A stretch of 64,000 nucleotides of DNA from positions 1,658-65,657 of the forward strand of contig CALGXT010000076.1 in assembly GCA_937935255.1 (NCBI GenBank), read 5' to 3'. This stretch comes from an uncultured bacterium. GTDB lineage: Bacteria; Verrucomicrobiota; Kiritimatiellia; PWTM01. A program made the position numbers and the translations under genes. The notes under the pieces were generated by a model. That model searched no databases, was not told where the DNA came from, and worked only from the letters and a program-made list of their open reading frames with translations. Positions 1 through 8,971 of the stretch are shown here, one piece after another; within the stretch, counting starts at the first letter, position 1; each line of letters begins with the position of its first letter.

Positions 1-1
1 G

Positions 2-85
2 GCGGAGGCGGCCCGATTGCAAAACGTCCTGGAAGAAGTGCACCGCCGAATGCAATCCATGCGCGCGGGATTTTCGCCGGCATAA
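2..85 (+). CDS. 3' end of a gene truncated by the window edge (partial CDS, hypothetical protein)
   Basis: The frame beginning at nt 2 translates to AEAARLQNVLEEVHRRMQSMRAGFSPA then a TAA stop. The peptide is not arginine-skewed, unlike typical GC artefacts. No family assigned. Confidence 0.25.
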   Translation, partial: AEAARLQNVLEEVHRRMQSMRAGFSPA

Positions 86-138
86 TCGAGCGGCTCGTCC
101 GGAATCATTCTGCATTCCCGCGTCCTCTGCGCCGCACG

Positions 139-188
139 TTTCCAACCCTTGGAAGCTCCGAGGGCGGTTTTTTCCAAAGCTTGGAAAA
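139..188. repeat. pair of palindromic repeats TTTCCAACCCTTGGAAG / TTTTCCAAAGCTTGGAAAAC (locus A)
   Basis: Same motif family as at 13849, 40961 and 59141, in the same orientation. The spacer is 12 nt. Confidence 0.8.
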
Positions 189-315
189 CCTATCGGACCG
201 CTTTACGCTTGCCCGCGCCTTCCCGCCGGCTACAGTTCCGCCATGGCGATAGGGAGCGCGGTGGTCCACGGCCGACAGATGGAGCCGACCTCGCGCGCGT
301 TGTTTCGCGGAAACC

Positions 316-708
316 TTGAAAGAACCCCGTGACAGACCATCCCTGCGGCCGCGCGTGGAACAACCCCGCGCCGCGCGGCGGCGCGGACCCGCGGCGGCGA
401 CCTCGTGCCGACGCTGCGGCGCGTGCTGCCGGTGGGAAGGCCATGTGCTCGTTTCGGACGCCGACATTGCGCGTCTGGCCGCGCATCTGGCGATGGCCGA
501 AACCGATTTCATCGAGCGTTACTGCGCATTGGCGCGGAATCGGGCGCAGTTGACGCTGATCGAAAACGGCGAGGGCGCGTGCGTTTTTCTCGAGGGCCAT
601 GCGTGCCGCGTGTATCCCGTGCGGCCGGATCAGTGCCGCTCGTTTCCGGAGGGCTGGTCCGTCTCCGGCTGCCCCGCCGAAGCGGGCGGCGGGCCCAACG
701 GACGGTGA
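316..708 (+). CDS. YkgJ/UPF0153-family putative zinc- or iron-chelating protein (CxxCxxCC domain)
   Basis: A 130-aa ORF with a CRRCGACCR motif followed by FIERYC, CVFLEGHACRVYPVRPDQCRSFP. This cysteine pattern matches the YkgJ-type Fe-S/Zn binding domain. Confidence 0.6.
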   Translation: MKEPRDRPSLRPRVEQPRAARRRGPAAATSCRRCGACCRWEGHVLVSDADIARLAAHLAMAETDFIERYCALARNRAQLTLIENGEGACVFLEGHACRVYPVRPDQCRSFPEGWSVSGCPAEAGGGPNGR

Positions 709-1459
709 ACGAGCGGGCCGATCGTTCGATCGTATAGCCGCACGACAAAACGAAACGGCGAATAGAGCAGCCGCAGCCGGGCGATCGCCACGAACATGTC
801 GAGCGACGCCCTCGCCACCCGCAAGCGGGAGCCTTCGGTGTCGTGCCAGACGGTCGGCGTCTCCGCAATCGCGAAGCCCGCGCGCCGGACCTGAAAGAGC
901 AAGTCCACGTCGAACGCCCAGCGCGTCAATCCCAGTTTCGGCAGCACGGCGAGCGCCGTCTCGCGGCGGAGCAGTTTGGCGCCGCACTGCGTGTCGCGGA
1001 TGTTCAGGCCAAAAAGAAACCGGACGAGCGCGTTGAAGACCCGCGACGCGACGCGACGCCGCCACGGCTGGGGCGTGATGATCGAGGCCGGATCCCAACG
1101 ATTTGCCAGAATCAAGCCGGCGTCGCCGATGCGCCGCGTGAGATCGTCGAAGGCCGGCGGCGGCGTGGCGCCGTCGGCGTCCGCAAAACCGATCCACGCG
1201 CCGCGCGCCGCCGCCATGCCGGCCATAATCGCCCCGCCCTTGCCGATCGGGCGCGGGTCCACGAGCACGCGGACGTTGCGATGTTCGGCGGCGCAGCGGC
1301 GCGCCACCGCTTCCGTCCCGTCGGTCGAGCCGTTGACCACGACGATCAATTCGGCCTCATCGCCATAGCGCTCGCGAAAATACGGCGCATAGTCGTCCAG
1401 CATCCGGCCCAGTCGCCGCTCCTCGTTGTAGGCCGGGATGACGATGCTCAGCCGCACGA
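630..1459 (-). CDS. GT2 glycosyltransferase, polyprenol-phosphate sugar synthase type (DPM1/ArnC-like)
   Basis: The C-terminal ~275 aa of the 701-aa ORF carry the GT2 signatures LSIVIPAYNEE, VVVNGSTDGT, FADADG and QCGAKLL. The upstream part of the ORF lies in the frame of the neighbouring gene and is artefact. A likely GTG/ATC start sits next to the stop of the upstream GT-C gene near 1457-1463, suggesting translational coupling. Confidence 0.8.
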
Positions 1460-3043
1460 TCAGTCCTTCCGGCGGTAGATCGTCAGGGTCGTATGCGCCT
1501 GGCCAAAGTCGGCGATTTCGCGAACCGGCTCGTATCGCCGTTCCAGCGCGGCGCGCAACCGCGTCCGTTCCGCCGCCGGCAGCTCGGCGATCGTCGGGCA
1601 GGCGATGCTGAGACCGTATCCGCTGAAGGCCGCCCACGGCGCCTCGGCCCGCTCCAGCGCCTCCAGCAGCAACTCCCGGTTCAAGACCCGCAGACGCTCG
1701 GCGCGATCGCGCGGCCAATCCGGATAGTAGGCGAACGGCCCCATCTCGAAACCCCTCGGAACGCGGCGATTGGCCTCGACGGCCAAATACAAATCCTGCG
1801 TCAATAGCGGCTGGTCTTCGGGCACGCGCTCCCGCAGCCAGGCGGCGGTTTCGCGCAACCGAACGAGGTCCGGTTGCGTCTTCGAGCGCCACCAAATGCG
1901 ATCGCGGCGCACAATCGCCCACTGCTGGTTGATCGGCGAGGCGCCGGCGGAGATCAGACACACCGCTGCCAGCGACGCCAGCGCAATCCGCGCGGGGCGC
2001 GCTTCGGCGGGAAACTCCGCGCCGGCCGTGGAATCTGCGACCTCTCGCGCCAGCGCGGCGGCCAGCGCGGCGGCGGCCAACGGATAGACGATGGTCTGGT
2101 AATCGTCGTAGGGGAACGGCGCGGCCAGATGCGTCAGCGTCATCGCGACCACCGCCCACAGCGCCGGTTCGGCGGCGGCCGGAGCCTCTTGCCGCGCCGC
2201 GGGACGGAACGACCGGGCGGCCATCCATCCGAGGGCGGCGGCGATGGCGGGCCAATAGGCCATGGCCTGCCGGGAGAGAAAGCCGGCGCGGTGAATCCAG
2301 CGGGTGAGCGGGGCGCCCGGCTCGCGTCCGGCATGATATTCGAACAAACCGAAAAGCAGTCCCTCGCGCGCGAAAAACCACGCCGGGCCGAAGAACGCGG
2401 CCGTCCCGAGAGCGCCGCCGAGCGCGAACATCCAGGGCGCGGCGGCGTTCTCCCGGCGGCCTCTCGCAAACCACCAAACCGCCGCCGCCAGGGCCGCCGC
2501 GCCGGCGGAGAGCCGCACGGCGGCGGCGGCGGCCAGCAAAGCGCCGCCGGCGAAAGCCCAGACCGCGCCGTTTGAACGCCGCGCCCGGTGCAGCGCCAGA
2601 AAGCCCGCCGTCAAAAACACCGCGCAGAGCGCATAGGTTTTCACCACCGTGAAGAAATACGCCTGATAGACATTGACGCCGATCAGCAGCGCGGCGGCGG
2701 ACGCCGCCCAGGGCGCGGCGTTGGGCGGCGCCCACCGCGCCGCCAAACGCGCCGAAAGCGCGACCGCCAGCAGCCCGAAGAGCGCCGTCAAGGCGCGCCC
2801 CGCCCCCACCCCGCCCCAGCGCAACAACGGCTGAAACGGCGCATACACCCGCGGCAGCAACGGACCCTGGGTGAAGGCGAAATCCGCGTAGGGTTGAAGT
2901 CCCTCGGCGACCTGGCGCGCGGCGTAGAGGTACCAGCCCTCGTCCTGGTTCAGTTCGCCGAATCCGATGTGGATCAGCGCCAGCGCGACGAAGGCCGCGA
3001 TCGCGGCCCCAAAAAAGAGCGGGATGGCCGGCCGGGGCTTCAT
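1460..3043 (-). CDS. GT-C fold membrane glycosyltransferase (ArnT/PMT-like, GT39/GT83 family)
   Basis: A 527-aa polytopic membrane protein beginning MKPRPAIPLFFGAAIAAFVALAL. It has a DEGWY-type motif (ELNQDEGWYLYAAR) typical of the first periplasmic loop of ArnT/PMT transferases, many transmembrane segments and a soluble C-terminal domain. It sits in an operon with the GT2 polyprenol-P-sugar synthase. Confidence 0.7.
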   Translation of the reverse strand: MKPRPAIPLFFGAAIAAFVALALIHIGFGELNQDEGWYLYAARQVAEGLQPYADFAFTQGPLLPRVYAPFQPLLRWGGVGAGRALTALFGLLAVALSARLAARWAPPNAAPWAASAAALLIGVNVYQAYFFTVVKTYALCAVFLTAGFLALHRARRSNGAVWAFAGGALLAAAAAVRLSAGAAALAAAVWWFARGRRENAAAPWMFALGGALGTAAFFGPAWFFAREGLLFGLFEYHAGREPGAPLTRWIHRAGFLSRQAMAYWPAIAAALGWMAARSFRPAARQEAPAAAEPALWAVVAMTLTHLAAPFPYDDYQTIVYPLAAAALAAALAREVADSTAGAEFPAEARPARIALASLAAVCLISAGASPINQQWAIVRRDRIWWRSKTQPDLVRLRETAAWLRERVPEDQPLLTQDLYLAVEANRRVPRGFEMGPFAYYPDWPRDRAERLRVLNRELLLEALERAEAPWAAFSGYGLSIACPTIAELPAAERTRLRAALERRYEPVREIADFGQAHTTLTIYRRKD

Positions 3044-3117
3044 GTCGGAGTTCCGATTTCGGCGGAAACGTTACGCCGTTTGCCGTCCGGTTGCACGCTC
3101 AATTGGCCGGCCGAACA

Positions 3118-4200
3118 TTAAAAAAACCGCTTGGCCAAGGCCAAAATGCCCTGTTTCCAGGGGGCGCGATGCGAGATCCCCGTGGAAGCCGCGAACCGGT
3201 CGCGATGCGCGACATACCACGCATAGTTCCGAATCAAGGCTTGCCGATTCGAATAGCGCGGGGCGAAACCGAGTTTGCGCTCCGCCTTCTCGATGGAAAC
3301 GAAGGATTCGCGCGCGGCGGTGGCGTACACCCAGGGATACAGCGGCGAAAGTTTCAGCGCCGCCAGCACGCGCAACGCGAACACGGTCGGCCCCTCCGGC
3401 AAACAAACGACGCGCCGACCGTGGCCGGCATAATCCAGCACCGCCTGAAAATCGTCGCGCAAGGAACCGAAAACCTTCGCGCCGATATTGAAGGTGTCGT
3501 TGACGGTTTCCGGCGGGCCGTCCAGACACAATTCAATCGCGGCGCACAAATCCTCGACATCGAGCAACTGGTACGGATTGTTTCCCCGCCCGATGACCGG
3601 AAAGTTTCGGCCCTCATACGCCCACTCGTAGAGCATGGCGAACACGCCCAACCGCTCCGGGCCGACGAAGGTTTTCGGGCGCAGAATGGGCACACAGAGG
3701 CCGCGCTCCCGGAAACCGACGGCGACGCGTTCCGCCTCGACTTTGGCGATGCCGTAAGGTCCGACGCCGCGCATCGGATCGCTCTCGAGCAGCGGGTGGT
3801 GGTCGGGAATGCCGTACACCGCTGTGGAAGAGACGAAGACCACGCGCGGGATGCCCAACGCCTGCGCGGTTTCCAATACGATGCGCGTGCCGTCCACATC
3901 CGTCGTGCGGATATCCTCCGGCGAATACAGCGGCAGCGCGGCGGCGGCGTGGACAATCGCCGCGCAGCCGGCGGCGGCGCGGCGCACCGTCTCGGGATCG
4001 CGAATATCGCCTTGAATCGCCTCCACCCGATCCCGGCAATCCTCGTAGTCGAACGGCGCGAGATCGAGGGAGACGGGACGCTGTTCCCGCGCCAGCAAGC
4101 GACGCACGAGGTTGATTCCCAGGAATCCGGCGCCGCCGGTCACCAGAATACGCGCGCCGGCGGGCGTCGCGCCGAGATCGTCCGGCGAGCGTTCATTCAT
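3118..4200 (-). CDS. NAD-dependent epimerase/dehydratase (SDR family)
   Basis: The N-terminus has a Rossmann motif ([11 protein letters not shown]). A catalytic YxxxK (PYGIAK) is present. Length is 360 aa. Confidence 0.85.
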   Translation of the reverse strand: MNERSPDDLGATPAGARILVTGGAGFLGINLVRRLLAREQRPVSLDLAPFDYEDCRDRVEAIQGDIRDPETVRRAAAGCAAIVHAAAALPLYSPEDIRTTDVDGTRIVLETAQALGIPRVVFVSSTAVYGIPDHHPLLESDPMRGVGPYGIAKVEAERVAVGFRERGLCVPILRPKTFVGPERLGVFAMLYEWAYEGRNFPVIGRGNNPYQLLDVEDLCAAIELCLDGPPETVNDTFNIGAKVFGSLRDDFQAVLDYAGHGRRVVCLPEGPTVFALRVLAALKLSPLYPWVYATAARESFVSIEKAERKLGFAPRYSNRQALIRNYAWYVAHRDRFAASTGISHRAPWKQGILALAKRFF

Positions 4201-4247
4201 GGCCGCTTTACCGAGCCGCTATAATGTTGAGCCGCGATAGCACAACC

Positions 4248-4952
4248 TCATGCGCCCGGCAGCAGAAGCCGATAACGAACATTGAATATTTCGTCGTCGC
4301 TCATGCCGCGCTGCGGCTTGGCTTTCCAATCGGCATCATCTTTGTAAACGACAGCTCCCCGAATCGCGCCGGCCTTGAGAAGGTCCGCGGCCATGCTCGG
4401 ATCCACCATCTCGAGCAGATACAGGGGTGGATATTTGGCGGCCGCGCCGCGCGCCAGGGCCGGCGGGCCGAGCAATGAAACGACGGCCTTGGCGTCGGGG
4501 ACGGTTTCGACCATTTTCAGAAACACATTCATGGGCAGCATCATCTCGGCGGCGAACATGGAATCGTCGCCCGACGGCGGCGTCGCCTCGGCCAACCGGT
4601 ATCCGGACCCCAAACCCTGTTTCAATCCGTCCAGTCGGGACTGGGTGATTTTTTTCATGGCATCCGGCTCGTCCGCGCCGCGCAGCACGAGCACCGTGCC
4701 GCCGCCGGGATGCGCCGCGGCGACCGCCGCGCCAAGCTTGGCGCCGGCCGACCGGTAGAACGCGACCTGTTCGGAAACCGCCGCGGAGACCGACTTCCGC
4801 CCGTCGCCGGAGAAGACTCGGGCCGCCACGGCCAGCAACGCCAATGCCACCAGGACGCCGAGCACGGCGTTCGCTTTGTCGCCCAATTGCGCCCGTTTGA
4901 TATAGGCAACTACGATGCCCGCCAGAAGCAATATCAGGATGACGTTCAGCAT
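4248..4952 (-). CDS. hypothetical membrane-anchored protein
   Basis: The ORF probably starts at MLNVILILLLAGIVVAYI, a single N-terminal transmembrane helix, with a GGGAGAG RBS-like sequence upstream. No recognisable family. Confidence 0.45.
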   Translation of the reverse strand: MLNVILILLLAGIVVAYIKRAQLGDKANAVLGVLVALALLAVAARVFSGDGRKSVSAAVSEQVAFYRSAGAKLGAAVAAAHPGGGTVLVLRGADEPDAMKKITQSRLDGLKQGLGSGYRLAEATPPSGDDSMFAAEMMLPMNVFLKMVETVPDAKAVVSLLGPPALARGAAAKYPPLYLLEMVDPSMAADLLKAGAIRGAVVYKDDADWKAKPQRGMSDDEIFNVRYRLLLPGA

Positions 4953-5205
4953 GGCACTCTCCCTTCGCGTACGATCGAACCCGCGCCCCACAGCGCACAT
5001 GATCCTTATCGTCCTAATTGGCCCCGCCCGCAAGCCGAAATTGCGGAGCGTTCAGCCTCCCCTGTCGCGCCGCGCCGGAATCGGTCTCCCTTGCCCATCG
5101 CCGCGCGCCGACCCACCGTCCGGGAGCGGCTCACTCTCCGCTAACAGAGGCCTCATCGAGCGCTAACTTGACCCCCCTTTCTTTCCGCCGATACGCTCGC
5201 CCGAC

Positions 5206-6264
5206 ATGCACAAGAGCGCCTTTTTACAAGTCGAGCGCGCGATGGTTTCCCTCGGCGGCGCGGCCGTACTGCGCGGCGTCGGCGTCGCGCTGGAACGCGG
5301 AAAATGTCTGGCGCTGCTGGGCCCGTCGGGCTGCGGGAAGACTACGCTGCTCAACGTGATCGCCGGTTTTTGCGCGCTTGACGAGGGCCGGTGCGTTTGC
5401 GACGGCGTCGTGCTGGACGATCCCGCCGAGCGCGCCTTCGTGCCCGTGCGCGCGCGCGGATTCGCGACCGTGTTCCAGGATTTCAGTCTCTGGCCCCATA
5501 TGACGGTCGCGGAGAATGTCCGGTTCGGATTGCGCGTGCGCGGCGCGCCGGAGAAGGAGAGCCGACGGCGCGCGCTCGACGCGCTGGAAAAAGTCCGCAT
5601 GGCGGATTATGCCGACCGCCGCCCCGCCGCCCTTTCCGGCGGCCAGCAACAGCGGGTGGCGATCGCGCGCGCCTTGGCCGTTCGTCCGAAATTATTGCTG
5701 ATGGACGAACCGCTCAGCGCCCTCGACGCGCGCCTGCGCGAGGAGCTGCGGGACGAAATCGCGCGGCTTTTGCGCGAGGAAGGCCAGACGGCGGTGTACG
5801 TGACCCACGATCAAGCCGAAGCCTTCGCGCTGGGCGACGCGGTCGGCGTGATGCGCGAGGGCCGCATCGAACAGCTCGACGCGCCGGAAGCGCTGTACCG
5901 CGCGCCGCGCACGCGATTCGTGGCCGAGTTCATCGGCTCGGCGAACGTGGCCGCCTTCACGCAGAGCGACGGCGCGCTGCGGATCGGCGCCCATTTGCGG
6001 CTGCCGGCCCGCCCCGATTGGCCCGCCGAGGGCTTCTGCTTCATCCGCCGCGAGAGCGTGCGCGCGCGCCCCGCCGGAACGGAAGCGCGGCCGCCGGCGA
6101 TCTGTTTTCAGCGGCGCTTTCTCGGTTCCCAGGTCGTGATTCGGGCCGGCTGGCGCGGCGATCTGGAACTCGACGGCGTGGCGGAGGGTCCGGTCGAAAT
6201 CGCCGGCCCCGTCGCGCTCGCGATAGATCCCAACGGCATGGGACTGCTTTCGGATTCGCCATGA
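5206..6264 (+). CDS. ABC transporter ATP-binding protein (FbpC/PotA-like, iron(III)-type importer ATPase)
   Basis: Walker A (GPSGCGKTT), ABC signature (LSGGQQQRVAIARAL) and Walker B (LLLMDEPLSALD) are all present. A C-terminal TOBE-like extension follows. Confidence 0.85.
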   Translation: MHKSAFLQVERAMVSLGGAAVLRGVGVALERGKCLALLGPSGCGKTTLLNVIAGFCALDEGRCVCDGVVLDDPAERAFVPVRARGFATVFQDFSLWPHMTVAENVRFGLRVRGAPEKESRRRALDALEKVRMADYADRRPAALSGGQQQRVAIARALAVRPKLLLMDEPLSALDARLREELRDEIARLLREEGQTAVYVTHDQAEAFALGDAVGVMREGRIEQLDAPEALYRAPRTRFVAEFIGSANVAAFTQSDGALRIGAHLRLPARPDWPAEGFCFIRRESVRARPAGTEARPPAICFQRRFLGSQVVIRAGWRGDLELDGVAEGPVEIAGPVALAIDPNGMGLLSDSP

Positions 6265-7283
6265 CGCGCGCCATCTTCCTGGCCCTGACGGCGGCGCTGA
6301 TCGGCTGCCGTTCCCGCGACGGCACGGACGCCGACCGGCTCGTCGTCTATTCCGCCGGCCCCCGTCCGTTGGCGGAAGCGATTTGCGCGGCCTTCACCCA
6401 GGCGACGGGGACGCCGGTGGACTTGTTCCAGGCGACCACGGGCCAGCTCATGGCGCGTCTCGAGGCCGAAAAATACCGTCCCCGCGCCGACATCGTGCTG
6501 TTCGCGAGCGAGATCGCCGCCGCCGCGCTCAAGCGGGAGGGACGGCTGCTCCGATTCCGGCCCGAGGCGGCCGAGCGCTTGCGCGCGGACTGGTCCGACC
6601 CCGACGAAACCTACTGGGCGTCCGGCGCGGCGCTCGTGGGCGTCGCCGTGCGCCGCGATTTTGCGGAGCGCGCGCCGCGGCGCTGGAGCGACTGGTTCGC
6701 CCTGGCGGATGCGCGCCGGATTGTGATGCCCTCGCCCTCGCGCTCGGGCGCAACCGGCGATTTCGTCGTCACCCTGGCGCTTCAATGGCCCGAAGAAACG
6801 TTCGCCGGTTTCGCGCGGCTGCGGCTCGCCGGCATGGATTTCGCCGCCGCCAACAGTCAGGCCATCGGAGGTCTGCAGATGGGCGCGCACGACGCGCTCA
6901 TCGGCGCGGTGGATTATTTGATTTATCAACAGATTGCGCGCGGCGAGCCGTTGGAGATGCTGTATCCCGAGGAAGGCGCGGTGCTCGTGACCCGTCCGAT
7001 CGCGATCCTGGCGGCGACCCCGCGCCCCGACGCCGCGAAGGCGTTTGTGGAGTTCTACCTGGCGCCCGAAAGTCAGCGGCGCGTCGCGGCGGCGCACCTG
7101 GCGCCGGCGCGCGCGGATGTCGCGCCCAGCCCGGCGCGGGGCGCGGAGCTGCCGCGCTGGATTCGCGCCGATCCGGTCGCGGCGGTGCTCCGCCAGGGAG
7201 CGATCCTGCGCCGCTTCCAACTCGATATCGAACGCGCGGCGTCCGCGCGGGCGCTGCGGCGCGCGGCGGGGGCGGCCCCATGA
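6261..7283 (+). CDS. ABC transporter periplasmic substrate-binding protein (Fe3+ FbpA/AfuA-like)
   Basis: The ORF starts MTRAIFLALTAALIGC, a lipoprotein-type signal with a Cys. Its ATG overlaps the ATPase stop (ATGA). The fold resembles class II iron-binding proteins, with motifs such as VVYSAGP and IVMPSPSRSGATG. Confidence 0.7.
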   Translation: MTRAIFLALTAALIGCRSRDGTDADRLVVYSAGPRPLAEAICAAFTQATGTPVDLFQATTGQLMARLEAEKYRPRADIVLFASEIAAAALKREGRLLRFRPEAAERLRADWSDPDETYWASGAALVGVAVRRDFAERAPRRWSDWFALADARRIVMPSPSRSGATGDFVVTLALQWPEETFAGFARLRLAGMDFAAANSQAIGGLQMGAHDALIGAVDYLIYQQIARGEPLEMLYPEEGAVLVTRPIAILAATPRPDAAKAFVEFYLAPESQRRVAAAHLAPARADVAPSPARGAELPRWIRADPVAAVLRQGAILRRFQLDIERAASARALRRAAGAAP

Positions 7284-8971
7284 CGCGCCGTCGAACCCGC
7301 GGAGAAACGGGGGCGCCGGGCGCCGCGAGCGTCAGCCTGGCGGTGGCGGCGCTCGCGATCGCCTGCGCGTACCCGCTGCTTTTGCTGTTCGTCCAAAGTC
7401 TGTTTCCCAACGCGCTCGGCGGCGAGTGGAGCGGCTTCCTTTCGCCCTACCGCCGGTTGTTTTCGACGCCCGATCTCGCGCGCATGCTGGGCCATTCGCT
7501 TTCGTGGGCCGCCGCAACCACGGCGGTCGCCTGGTTCTTCGGCATCCCCTGCGGCTTCCTGCTCGCGCGCTGCGCCCTCCCCGGCAAGGGTTTCGCGCGG
7601 CTGACGATGCTCGCGCCGCTGATGACGCCGCCCTACATCGCGGCGCTCTCGTACGTCGTTTTGCTGCAGCCGGGCGGGTTCGGCGACCGGCTGATCGGCG
7701 TGCCCGAGCCGTTGCGGGACTGGTTTTTTTCGTTCCACGGCGTCACGATGGCGATGGCGCTGGCGTCGTTCGGCTATGTGGCGCTCGGCGTCGAGGCCGC
7801 GTTGTTGCGGTTGCCGCCGCGGATGGAAGACGCCGCGCTGCAGCTCGGCGCCTCGCGGCCGCGGCTCTGGCGCTCGATTCTGATCCCGCTGCTGTTGCCG
7901 GCGATCCTGAACACCGGTCTGCTGGTGTTCCTGGACGCGCTGTCGAATTTCGGGGTGCCCGCCGTGCTCGGCACGCGCGCGAATCTCGCGCTGCTGCCCG
8001 CCGAGATTTATCACCTGCTCACGAGCTGGCCCGTGGATGTGCCGGTCGCCACGGCCCTCTCTTCCCTGCTCTGCCTGCTGGCCCTGCTCTCGCTCCGCAT
8101 CAGCGCGGCGCTCACGCGCGGAAGCGGGAGCGCCGGCGGCCGCGCCGCGGGCGGACGTCTCGTGAAATTGAGCCCGGCGCGCGCGGCGCTCGCATGGCTG
8201 TGGATCGGCGGACTTTTCGTCTTGAGCACCGCGCTGCCCTACGCCGCGATGATCGCGATGAGCCTCGTGGACCGCTGGACCGACGGCGCGCCCGCCTGGA
8301 CGCTTCGGCACTACGGCGCGCTGTTCCGTCCGGCGTCGGGCGGCCGCGCCGCGCTGCTGACGAGCCTCGGACTGGCGGCGGCGGCGGCGACCCTGTGCGC
8401 GGCGGGCGGCGGCTTTGTCGCCTATGTCGCCGCGCGCAGCGGACGGCTCGCGCGGCGCGCGATCGAAGCGCTCGCGATCCTGCCGCGCGCGCTGCCGAAG
8501 ATCGTGATGACCGTCGGCCTCATTCTCGCCTGGAACGCCCCCTGGGTGCGCGTGAACCTCTACGGAACGCTCGGCATGCTGCTGCTGGCCTACGTCGTGT
8601 GCTACATTTCCGACGCGCTCGCCTACGCCGGCGCGGCGCTGCGCCGCATGAATCCGCGTTTGGAAACCGCCGCGCTGCAGCTCGGCGCCGGACGCGTCGC
8701 CGTGCTCGCGCGGATCGTCGCGCCGCAACTCGGCCCCGCCCTCGCGGCGGCGTGGCTCACCACCTTTATCGTGTGCGTCCGCGAACTGGTCTGCTCGATT
8801 CTCCTGCTGCCGCCGGGCGTCGAAACCACCGCGACCTTCATTTTCAATCAGTTCGAACAGGGCGATCTGTCTTCCGCAATGGCCATGGCGACCGTGACCA
8901 TCGGCGTGACGGCGACGATCCTGTTTCTCTTGCAGCGAACGCCGCTCTTCCGAATGAAAGGAGACGTATGA
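7280..8971 (+). CDS. ABC transporter permease, fused two-domain (FbpB-like)
   Basis: A 563-aa ORF starting MTRRRTRGE, overlapping the binding-protein stop (ATGA). It has two repeated TM6 permease domains, each carrying an EAA-like loop (EDAALQLGASRPRLW and LETAALQLGAGRVAV). Confidence 0.85.
   Translation: MTRRRTRGETGAPGAASVSLAVAALAIACAYPLLLLFVQSLFPNALGGEWSGFLSPYRRLFSTPDLARMLGHSLSWAAATTAVAWFFGIPCGFLLARCALPGKGFARLTMLAPLMTPPYIAALSYVVLLQPGGFGDRLIGVPEPLRDWFFSFHGVTMAMALASFGYVALGVEAALLRLPPRMEDAALQLGASRPRLWRSILIPLLLPAILNTGLLVFLDALSNFGVPAVLGTRANLALLPAEIYHLLTSWPVDVPVATALSSLLCLLALLSLRISAALTRGSGSAGGRAAGGRLVKLSPARAALAWLWIGGLFVLSTALPYAAMIAMSLVDRWTDGAPAWTLRHYGALFRPASGGRAALLTSLGLAAAAATLCAAGGGFVAYVAARSGRLARRAIEALAILPRALPKIVMTVGLILAWNAPWVRVNLYGTLGMLLLAYVVCYISDALAYAGAALRRMNPRLETAALQLGAGRVAVLARIVAPQLGPALAAAWLTTFIVCVRELVCSILLLPPGVETTATFIFNQFEQGDLSSAMAMATVTIGVTATILFLLQRTPLFRMKGDV

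Noticed and set aside
190-1197. 335-aa minus ORF overlapping the YkgJ-like gene and the GT2 3' end
   Set aside because: It overlaps two supported genes and its composition is Arg/Ala/Gly-rich artefact.
5034-5205. Possible Fur box upstream of the iron-type ABC operon
   Set aside because: catgatccttatcgtcctaattg has only weak resemblance to GATAATGATAATCATTATC. I cannot support a Fur site without a PWM scan.
7073-8728. 551-aa minus-strand ORF across the ABC permease
   Set aside because: It is an antisense artefact (RRRR-rich), and the permease on the plus strand has clear transmembrane and EAA motifs.
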